Source: Eledone cirrhosa
Lineage: Eukaryota
DNA: 64,000 nt
Assembly (NCBI GenBank): GCA_964016885.1
Contig: OZ024740.1
Span: 196,416,001-196,480,000, forward strand
Reading direction: 5' to 3'
Under the pieces are notes generated by a model, which searched no databases, was not told where the DNA came from, and saw only the letters and a program-made list of their open reading frames with translations. The translations under genes and the position numbers were made by a program. This document shows, piece by piece, positions 50,562 to 61,265 of this stretch (position 1 is the first letter of the stretch; every line of letters begins with the position of its first letter).

Positions 50562-50857
50562 GTTTGTATATTTTTATACTTGGTTTGCCTTTCATACTTT
50601 CGAGGTCGATAAAAATAGTACCAGTCAAGTACTGGTGTCGATTCTTCCTCTACATATCTTTCTCATTTCCTCTCTCATTTTCTATCTTTCTCTGGAAGAA
50701 ATCTGCTTTACTCAAGCCTGGAGAGAGATGGGGTCTGCCAGGCTTAAAATGCCCAAGAAATGCTGTATGTCAATACGGCGCCCCTATGGCTCTATCAGGA
50801 GTTACGGGACCATACATACATATATATTTGGTTATATATTGATTGTGAAGGTATATT

Positions 50858-51290
50858 GCTAAGTGGTTAGGGTATTCGGCTTGTAGTTGTAAGGTTGTGA
50901 GTTTGTATACTAGCAAAGCATTGTCTTTGAGCATGATACTTTATTTCACGTTGCTCCCATCCACTCAGCTGGTAAAAATGAGTTGTACTTGTAATTAAAA
51001 AGGCCAGCCTCATCATACACTGACATGCTGATTCCCTATGTGAACTACTTTAAGAGTACACATATCTGTGGAATGCTCAGCTGTTAAACTCATGTGCAGG
51101 TTCTTCTGTTGATCAAACAATTGGAACACAGGTAGCTGTTCAGTACAACTCATGTTTCCAGCTAAGTGGATTGGAGCAACATGAAATGGAATGTTTTGTT
51201 CAAGGATAAAATTCATTTCCTGGTTCGGAAATCCAACTCATGACCTTACGATTGTAACTCACACACTAAGCACAAAGCTGCACACCTTCA
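50858..51290. mobile_element. tRNA-derived SINE pieces of a second family (converging pair)
   Basis: taagtggttagggtattcggc..tttgagcatgatactttatttcacgttgctcc; related copies at 18375, 36940, 37975-38255, 47865 and 61907. Confidence 0.7.
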
Positions 51291-51413
51291 AATTTAGATT
51301 AGAGCTGAATTATACAATGAAACTAACTTTACACATGTAACCCAACTTTATCCAACACGATCCAATTTCTAAAATATTAATGACAATTTTGATTCGGTGA
51401 TTTCTACTTTCAG

Positions 51414-51530
51414 GCGAAAAAGACTACTTATTTGGAGGTTTCGTGACTTTGGCTGATTGTTCTGCATTTGGTTTACTAGTCCAGATTTGTTATAATCACA
51501 CTGATAGTTATTTATCAGACTTAATAAATG
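51414..51530 (+). CDS. FAXC: FAXC-like exon 5
   Basis: tttcag|...|gtatgt; GEKDYLFGGFVTLADCSAFGLLVQI (GST N-capping T..D motif). Confidence 0.92.
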
Positions 51531-53218
51531 GTATGTGTTTTTTTTTTATGGTTTGCTTCCTTCTAAAACCTCTTTGGTGTCCATCTCACGTCTACCATGA
51601 CAGATCGCAGTCTTATCGACAGGTTTTACAAAATGAGGAGACTATAATATATTTTCAAACAGGCCCCTCTACCTAAGGCCTAAACACGTACCTTGTTAAC
51701 TCGCGTGAAGGACGATGCCGTATAACTGCCTTTGTGTCTTATCCATATTGCAATGATTTTGGGGGTTTTATTTGCACCAGTCACCAATCTGGTACTTTTC
51801 TTAGACCCGCTAAGACTAGTCTTATTTTAGAGACGGCCTTTACTCACCTTGTTAAAGCTACATCACTGAGTTGTGAAAGTTTTCTTGAGAGTTAAAGGTG
51901 TCGCTTATTGCTCCATCTCCCCTAGTAGTTTACCGCTATGTAAATATAATTATTTTCTATTTTATTCATTTCTTATATTTTGGGTGCCAACATCGTGTGA
52001 AAAGCTGAGCAACACTATCATGTCAAAGTGATGTGGGTGTGATATCATCAGACTTTTGTTTAAAATAAAAAAGAAAGGAGACGAATGTTTTTTTTTTTTT
52101 TTTTTTTTTTTTTTTCCATTGTGGATATTATCTGGCAGCTGCAACTCCTGGAAGAAGGAGCAACGTAAAATAAAGTACTTTGCTAAAAAAAACAATGTGC
52201 CATTCGGTCCTAGAACCCATGATCTTATGACTGAGTTCATCATCGTTAGTGACATGTTAAACAAACAGGCGCTTTGTTCCTCAATAGCTTAGCCAAAACA
52301 TCAGTTAGTTTATAGAACAGACAAGTAAGTTGCCTAATATACTACATTAGATATTGGCATCAATGCATAAGCTTCTCATACACATACATTGTTTTCTTAA
52401 AGAGGTGTCCTTAAAAAAGTAAACTCTTAAAATACATATTCCAGCAACGTGGAAAAGTAGATGCAAAAAATATTAACTCTTAAAGTCCTGTACCACACAA
52501 ATACACTAGCAAGACATTCTTCAAAAGTACAAAACAACACGGTCACATAAAAATTTTAAATCTTTACTTTAATTTAATGTCGCAAGTTTTCACAACGATC
52601 TGTCCACAAATAAAGATACTATAAACACAGGACCGGACTTTCACCTGCTGAGGCCCTAAGCTATATGAAATTCAAGGCCCTTCTCTAAAAAATTTGGGTA
52701 AAAAAAAAGAAATACATGATTATTAATGTTGATGATAATGTATGTATGTATGTATGTATCCACTGGGAGTGAAGGACCACTAGCCTTTGTCAGGGCATTC
52801 TTCTAGAAGAGGGCAACTCAGGAAACTGGGATAACTCCGACATAAAACCTGCGGCCCAGTAGTTACCGATGATGTTGATCTTTTCTTCTTTTCGTGTTAT
52901 AGCTACTATCGCTCAGTGGGATTGGCCCAGTGCACAGGCTTTCCTCACTTTAAAAAAATCTCAGACATTGCACGATAGCATTAATTGATAATTATTAATG
53001 TTATATTGTCAATGGCCATACTCGATAACTAGGGGGTAGCCATCGTGTGTGTGTGAGTAAAATTTAACATAGAAATGGCTTCTACAGGACTAGAACTGTT
53101 TTATTTAATGTTTACATTCTACTAATGTATTGAGTACCTTACTGTGATTACCTGATTGAACATTTTGTAATCATCTCTAATATTTATTTACATAATAATT
53201 ATATATTTTCTTTTTCAG

Positions 53219-53295
53219 AGTCATTTCCGAATCTCAGAAATTACTGTGACAGAATAAAAGACGAATACTATCCAGATATATCTCTGCTTTCCTGA
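53219..53295 (+). CDS. FAXC: FAXC-like exon 6 with stop codon
   Basis: tttcag|; (E)SFPNLRNYCDRIKDEYYPDISLLS-TGA; spliced CDS totals 804 nt = 267 aa + stop. Confidence 0.92.
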
Positions 53296-53640
53296 TAATA
53301 TCTAAATCAAGAATTCATCACTTCAACAATCTAGAATATTGTTTCATATGTAAATAATGTTTAACAGAGTTTCAAGGCTATCTTTGCATTTAAAGCAGGA
53401 GTTAGCCTGACTTGCACATAACTGTCACAATTTTCTCTCTTTCTCTGTCTCTCCCCTCCCTCTCACCTTTTGTCTTTGAAAAGACTACAGCTCAAAGAAA
53501 GTACTCAATACATCTGTATGTAGAGTATGTATTAATTTAAGTAATTATCTAGCATTTGTATAAGTAGGACCGGCGCTTCCATCAATGTCAACTATGTAGC
53601 TGTCAAGGCACATTACTGAACCTTAAATCGTGAAGCATTC

Positions 53641-56600
53641 ATCAACATCATCATCATCATCGTTTAGCGTCTATCTTCCACGCTAGCATGGGTTTAGACG
53701 GGAATTGTCCCACTTGAGGCAAGAGTGGTTGTCTTGCTCGCATAGGATTGTCTGGCAGGTTTTCTACGGCTGGATGCCCTTCCTAACACCAACCACGTTT
53801 ACAGTGTGGACTGGGAGGTTTTTACTGTTACCTACAGGGCCACATTACAGCGTGGACTGTGTTTTTTTGTTGTGACACCTACATGACCTCATTTATTTAG
53901 GACTGGATGTTGTGATACCAACATAACTTTACAGAGAAGGGGTGGTGTTGATGGGGGTGAGGGTGGGGTGGAGATGAGGTAGTGGGATGGGGGTGTATAT
54001 TTGATTAAGAGGTGCCTACTGACTGTAGGTTTCGCTTTGTACTTAGGCAAGGCGGGTCTTCTGTATTACTGCGTAGTGCCAAAGATCTCGGTCCAGTGAC
54101 ATTGTCTTAGAGAGGTGTAAGTGTGCAAGCTCGGAATTTATTAAATCATCCCAGGTTTTTCTGGGTCTGGCTACTCCGTAACTTCCGTCAATTTTGATCG
54201 CCCTGCACTTTTTTATACAGCTGTTGTCTTTCATGCGCATCACGTGACCATACCAACGTAGTCTTCTCTTGAGTAAACAGCATCTGATTCCTCTTATTCC
54301 TAATTTCTCACTTAGTTCATTTATGCTTTGCCGTTCACGTATATTACTATTACACATCCAACAGAGCATGCATGCTTCGTTCCTCTCCAGTCTGCGCAGA
54401 TCCTCTGCATACACTGCCCATGTCTCACTGCCATGTAACATTGCTGTTCGTATGCAGGCATCATATAGTCTGCCTTTCATTTTTAGAGAGAAACCTTTAG
54501 CGGCCAATAGTGGTATAAGCTCTCTGAACTTTTTCCATCCCCTTCTGACTCTGGCTAGTGTACTTTCAAAGCACCCTCCACCACTGCTGATTTTGTCACC
54601 CAGCTAATGGAAGGTGTCTACTATTTCTATAGAGCCACCTGGGCAGTAGAAGGAGCTAGTATCCTGTGGGCACTTGGTACTTATTGCACCTGAGCACCGG
54701 CCACATATAAAATCTACATTCTTAGATAGCTTACCTGTGATCTCACTACATCTTTTATGCACCCATACTTTGCATTTGGGACATAAAATGGGATTTCTGC
54801 CTACACCTTTCCTACACACTGAGCATGGCCATTTCCCAGAGGGGGACCTGCGCCCTATTTTCTTTCCTATATACTAGAACTTTAGTCTTAGGCAAGTTAA
54901 CTTTAGGGCCTTTTGATTCTAGGCCATGCTTCCATGTTTGGAATTTCTTCTCTTGTTCAGCCATCGATTCAGCTATGAGTGTTAGATCATCTGCATATAG
55001 AAGTTCCCATGAGCAGCTGGTCTTAAACTCCTCTGTTATAGCCTGAAGGGTAAAAATAAATAGGAGGAGCTAAGGACAGAGCCCTGATGAACACCAACTT
55101 TTACGCTAAATTCTTCACTATATTCGTTAATTCTAACCTTGCTGACTATTTCTTTATACGTGGCTTGTATAGCTCTCACAAGCCATTCATTAACACCTAG
55201 TTTTCTAAGGGCCCACCAGATAATGGCGCGGGGGACTCTGTCAAAGGCTTTCTTCAAGTCGACAAAAGCTAAGTATAGGGGTTTACTTTTAGCTAGGTAC
55301 TTCTGTAGTTGTCGTACAAGGAAAAGGGCATCTGTGGTACTTTTACTTGACACAAACCCAAACTGCATTTCATCTCGATCAATTTTCTCTCTGATTAGTT
55401 GCGCTATTACTTTTTCTGTGACCTTCATGAACTGGTCAATTAATTTAATGCTTCTATAGTTTCCCCTATCTAGGGCATCTCCTTTACCCTTGTAGCAGTT
55501 AATGATGATGCTGCTACGCCAGTCATTTGGTATGACCCCGTTCTGTATGACTTGGTGGGACACACTATGGTCACCCGGATAGTAATCCGGGTGACCATAG
55601 TGTGTCCCACCATTCCAGATGCTTTCAGCATTTCAGTAACTATCTCCAAAAGCCCAGCTGCCTTGCCCATCCTCATATCTTTGATTGCCTTACCTTCAAC
55701 TAGCACTGCTGGTCCCTCTATTGGATTGATTTGGGGGAGACTATTTTTTCCCATTTATTCTTCTCATTTAGTAGCCTCTTGTAGTGGCACTTCCAAACTA
55801 CCCTCTTATCAGCATCAGTCATGACAAGTACACCATCATCATTACGGACACACTTCTCCCTGACAATATCATGGTTTTCCTTGATACATTGCCTAGCAAT
55901 CCTGAACACCTCACGTTTTTGGTCCTCGCGTTGTAGAACATGCTTGAACTTTCTTTCCTCTGCTTCCCTTCTTGCAAAGTACACTTGTCTCCTAGCTGGC
56001 CACTTGATAGTCTTCTCTACTTCCCCCATCCCGCCATACTTTCCAAGCCTGCTTTTTGGCCTTGATTGACTCCTCCACCTTACTGTTCCACCACCACGTT
56101 ACTCTCCTCCTGCCTATAGGCCTGCTCCAGCCACAGATTTCGTCTGTCACCTTCAGCAGGTTAACTTTCAGGAATTCCCACTGTTCCTCTATACTGTATG
56201 TCTGTAATTGCTCTTCCTTACTGTCAAAAGCATTAAGTAATATGCTTTTAAATTTGTTACTGGCTGTTGGGTCCTTTAACTTCCATATTCTTCTCCTTAG
56301 AGTAGTCCTCCTCTGTTGTCGAATACGTCTCATCCTGACTATGAGGTCGCTAACTATGGGGCTATGTTGGGAGGTGCATTCTTCACGGGGGAGGGATTAA
56401 GTGTTTACAACAGATACTCTGTCACGTCTTCTGGTAAGGATATAATCTATCTGACAGGCGTGTTCCCCTGATCTATAGGTGATCAAGTGATTGTCTCGTT
56501 TTTTGAAGTTTGTGTTACAGATGGTTATGTTATTAGCGTCACAGAATTCCAGGATTCTGAAGCCTTCCTCATTTCTAGTACCAAACCCATAGCCTCCATG

Positions 56601-57300
56601 GATTCTGTCATAGCCATCACAATCTTGTCCAACATGACCATTTAGGTCGCCAGCAATAATTATGTAGTCACTGTCAGTTATTTGGGAGGTCGTGAGCATT
56701 AGCGACTCATAGAATCTGTCTTTTATAACGCCAGGCAGTCCAGATTGGGGCGCATAATCGGATATTATCATCACAGTTCTATTTAGGACAAGTCTTATTT
56801 TAATAATTCTGTCGTTCATTCTATTTACGTCTATTACCTTATATACCCATTTTTCTGCTAACATAATTCCTACTCCACCTATCCCATTGTCATTTCCCAC
56901 CCAGAAAAGTTTATAGCATCGTTTTTTACCCACAATGAATCTAGCAGACCCACCCCTCCAACTGGTCTCTTGAACACAGCAAACATCGACTTCCTTACAT
57001 TCAAGCATCTCTACAACCTCGTTAGAGCGACCTTTTAAAGTGCCTACATTAATGGTACCAACTCTGAAGTTTTGGATTACGTTTGGTGGAGTGCGCAGGG
57101 AGGGGTGAGGGAGCATTGTTGTGGAAATATCCAAAGTGGCCGAGTGGGTTATATGATGATGCAATGTGGCATGGGCAAGTGTGAACTTTATAGTGGAAAA
57201 TGTTGGTTTAGTAATTTTCTTAGTGTTGTCAGAGTAAGAGGTGTCAAAAACTAAGTTTGTCAGCTTACTAAATTGCAAGTTGAAATTTATTTTTAGAAAA
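53641..57300 (-). mobile_element. Near-full-length RTE-type LINE (APE endonuclease-RT-PHD); disrupted ORF ~57116-54043
   Basis: GTINVGTL, VQET, GDLNGHVG, IDYIL (APE); FVDLKKAFDRV, GVHQGSVLS, YADD (RT); PHD; RRLRWYGH; 3' UTR and (GAT)n tail; several stops and frameshifts. Confidence 0.95.
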
Positions 57301-57323
57301 TAAAACATAAATAAAACATAAAA

Positions 57324-57942
57324 TAGAGCTTGCCTTGGGTGATAAATACCCAGGCGACACCGGTGTGTGTGCAAGTGTATCAATACAAATTGTAGAGCTT
57401 GCCTTGGGTGATAAATACCCAGGCGACACCGGTGTGTGTGCAAGTGTATCAATACAAATTGTAGAGCTTGCCTTGGGTGATAAATACCCAGGCGACGCCG
57501 GTGTGTGTGCAAGTGTATCAATACAAATTGTAGAGCTTGCCTTGGGTGATAAATACCCAGGCGACACCGGTGTGTGTGCAAGTGTATCAATACAAATTGT
57601 AGAGCTTGCCTTGGGTGATAAATACCCAGGCGACGCCGGTGTGTGTGCAAGTGTATCAATACAAATTGTAGAGCTTGCCTTGGGTGATAAATACCCAGGC
57701 GACGCCGGTGTGTGTGCAAGTGTATCAATACAAATTGTAGAGCTTGCCTTGGGTGATAAATACCCAGGCGACGCCGGTGTGTGTGCAAGTGTATCAATAC
57801 AAATTGTAGAGCTTGCCTTGGGTGATAAATACCCAGGCGACACTGGTGTGTGTGCAAGTGTATCAATACAAATTGTAGAGCTTGCCTTGGGTGATAAATA
57901 CCCAGGCGACGCTGGTGTGTGTGTGCAAGTGTATCAATACAC
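57324..57942. repeat. Tandem array of nine 69-bp units with internal hairpins
   Basis: Units start at 57324+69n; they differ almost only at one CG-containing site (gacacc/gacgcc/gacact/gacgct); no spacers. Confidence 0.97.
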
Positions 57943-58949
57943 TTGGTATTTTTTCAAGTATCTAAACATATTCCAGTGTATTGAATTAGATGCACACATG
58001 TCGGGTATTTGTTATTGTATATGTATATATATATATATCCAATCCAGGGCTTTCTTACTCCCGTTGAAAGAACCCCTCCCTGGTTGACTGCTGCCACTTT
58101 CTTTTTTGTTTTGGTCATGTCGGGGGTGTAACCGTACTCATCAGGCTTGGCCAATTGCGGGTTGGTGAGGCTGTTTAACCCATATTTGAGGTTGGATGGC
58201 CGTTGACTCTGAGGAATTCACCCACTCTTTTTACAGCTCTTATTTTTGTGCTACTAGGGTTCCAGTTACTCACCTCATCAGACCAGGGTCTGGTGGGGAA
58301 GCCGGTTTAGTCACTGACCACTCAACCATGAAGTATGTTATAATGGGTTACTTGGTAGCAGACAGAAGCATCACCTATATAATCAGACTATTGGTGGTGT
58401 GATTGAGTAGTGACTACTTTACAATGGATTGGAAACTAAATCTGTTACTCATATGATACTCATATCATTCATGTTTTATGCCACACCTATGTCAATTCAA
58501 TGCTAACAAGAAGGCATTCTGACATCTAAACAATAGGTTGGATCCAACAATAACATAGGTGTAGCTTACATAGGAAAAATATATATCAATGGGTTTGACT
58601 TATTTGAAAAAAAGTTAGTTCATTCATTTTATACTTGTAAGTATAATCCCTTCCAAGCTCCTCTTCCCGACATCATTTTTTCTAATTTAGGCAAAACGCT
58701 AGTAATTTTGTAAGTCAATTACATCGACCCCCCCCCCCCCCCCCCAAGACTTTAGCGACACTTTCCTACATAATATGAATGAACTCTGTTTTAAGAAGTC
58801 AGGAAGTCAGCCAGTCACAGTACTAAATAGGCTTATAAGTGTGTATGACAGCGGTTATGACATGTACAACTAATAGACGGTGGTTGAAAGAAGAGTATTT
58901 CAGTCATGCATTACACCACTAGGGAAGGAGAAAGATTTCTCAAACAAAT

Positions 58950-59462
58950 TTATTCTATGGCTTCTGCCAGGACAGTTAAGTTGGCCCAAATTTGTTCTCG
59001 TTTGATGAGCTTCCAGGTCTGAGCCAACTTTTTATCTTTATTGGTGAGGTCCATGCTGAAGCAAGGTCTCTTCTTGGCTGCTGCTGCAACGAAAGTGGTG
59101 TTGTTGCCGTTGTTGTTCTTGTTGCAGTTGGTGATATTCTTTGTGCCGCTGTTGTTATTGTTCTTGGTGCAGTTGGTATTATTGCCGTTGCTTTCTTGCA
59201 TTGTTTCCTTGTTGTTGTTGGTGTTGTTAATTCCGTTGTTGATTTTGGTGCCATTGTTTCTTACGTCTGTTTTGGTTGTTGCTGTTGTTGGTGTTTCATT
59301 TTTTAAAAATTAGTGTTCTCACTGTTGTTGGTGCTGGTGTTGGCGATACTGCCTTGCATGGTGTTCTCGTTCAAAACTGTTGGAGAAGCGGCGTTGTTCG
59401 CCTCAACGTTTAAGCCACTGTCACACGACAGACTTAAAGTTGGGAGACGTGGCTCAGCCATG
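58950..59462 (-). other. Frameshifted Asn/Thr-rich ORF, possible ORF1 remnant of an L1/Tx1-type element
   Basis: ATG after a poly-A run; MAEPRL...NNN-rich...TFVAAAAKKR; frameshift near 59303. Confidence 0.35.
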
Positions 59463-61050
59463 TTTTTTTTTTTTCTTACGATAAATTTTAAAATAAAGTT
59501 CAATTATTTGGGCCCAAGGCCCAAATATTACGGGGCCGCCTTAACACGGGGTAATATGTGACACCTTATTAACAGTTTGCATTCTGTGTTATATTTTTGT
59601 TACAATGTAGAAACTTAAAAATTAACAAACCTTACGGAGTGATATTGACGAAAAAACAATAATAATAAAATCAGATAAACCCTATTTAATTTATGAAAGC
59701 TTCAAGTTCCAGGAGAGAGAAAGAGTAAAAGGTCTGCTACATCGTGAACCTTAACACGGACTGCTTCCTTCGGTCTCTCTGGCCATTAGATTTTCTAAGT
59801 CCTTGTATTTATAATAATGCTATAGTTAGAAGGATGTGTATATGAGGTTGATATCGTCTCCCAGGAAGCTGGGGTCACAGGTCAAGTAGTATGTATGTTT
59901 ATCATCGTTGTCTTGACAGGACAATGGTGGGAACCTTCCAATAATGAGTGGTCCCAGAGGCGAGAAACCTCAGATTCGGTTTCGAATCTCCGCCGGTAAA
60001 ATATAGGAGTATTCCGTTATATATTAAACAAGTCACCGTGACGAAGTCAACTTTGCCTTCCATCCTTCCGAGGTCGATAAAAAATGTACCAGTTAAGTAC
60101 TGGGATTGGTTCTTCTATATCTCTTTCTCACCTCCATTATCCTCTCACTCTCTATGCTCTATCCTTCTCTGGAAATCTGCTGTATTCAAACCTGGAGAGG
60201 AGATGGGATCCGCCAGTTCTTAAGAAAATGCCCTAGAAATGCCGTATGTCAATATGGCGCCCCTATGACCCCCTTATATTGTTATTTATTGACACCTGCC
60301 CATCTGCCTCCCAAATGTGGTTATTTTGTGTGAATAATAATTTCATGGGACCTAATTTGAAAAGGTAATATTTATTGTTACATATTTATTTAATATCTTC
60401 CTAACATAATGTATTTGCAACTGTGAAAATAAAATTTTTCTATACCTAATTTGACTCGGTTCTTAGTTATATAAATTCTCCCAACATAGCCTCAGGCTAA
60501 TGACCTTAGATTGCAGACATGCTCATTCACGACTGACATGTGGTTAAATAACTACACTATGATTTAAGGCTTTTTTTTATTTATTTATTTTTTTTTTTTT
60601 TTTTTACGCAAGTACTTACTACAATCTACAGAAGAAAAAAAAACTTTTAAAGGTTGTCAGATAGCCGTGTTTCGATAAAATGTATATTGAACTGTAGAAT
60701 CCTTTTTAAAAAGGGATACAAAGAAATAATATACCGATGAGGAAAAAAAAAAAATAGAAAAAACAGCATGTATATATTTATTTTCTCCTGGAACAAGAAT
60801 GATAGATTGGCAGGTCGGACAAAATTCTTTGCAGCATTTAGTTACGACCCTTTATGTTTTGAGTTTAAATCCCATGCATGTCGATAAAATAAATTATCAG
60901 CCATGTCTTATGGTCAATGTAATGGATTTTCCCCTCCTCATAAAATGTTAGCCTTAAGTTTAAATTAGAGATCATTGTCTACTGGAACAGCAGAAAATGG
61001 ATATTAGCCATTGTTAATTACTTTCTCCTGTATTATTGTCATATTTACCA

Positions 61051-61265
61051 AGGGCGGTGGATTGGCAGTATCGGTAGTGTCGGACATGTTTTGCGGCATA
61101 GTAACATCCCTTTACGTTCTGAATTCAAATCCCGCTAATGTTAGCTTTGCTTTTCATCGCTACAGGGCCGATAAAATGAAGTACCAGTAACGTACTGGGG
61201 CCGATTTAATCTACTTTGCCGTCCCCAAAAATTGTTGGCCTTGTGGCTAAATCAGAAACCATTAT
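61051..61265 (+). mobile_element. Full-length tRNA-derived SINE (representative copy)
   Basis: A-box-like tggcagtatcggta, B-box gaattcaaatcc, conserved core, ATT tail, flanking attattgtca repeats. Confidence 0.85.

Noticed and set aside
50339-50842. 167-aa ORF as a single-exon gene
   Set aside because: Only 50365-50561 is FAXC exon 4; the rest reads through the donor into intronic repeats
57324-57942. CRISPR-like array
   Set aside because: Units are contiguous and near-identical with no unique spacers; no cas genes; eukaryotic context
57268-58087. Repeat-protein ORFs (191 aa, 250 aa, N-terminal part of 489 aa)
   Set aside because: Open frames follow from a 69-bp (3n) unit; no independent coding evidence
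58100-58300. Hammerhead ribozymes (two minus-strand CTGATGA cores)
   Set aside because: No stem II closed by GAAA and no stem III/cleavage triplet could be built
61051-61265. tRNA genes at A/B-box sites throughout the window
   Set aside because: No cloverleaf; boxes continue into SINE cores and tails, so they are SINE heads
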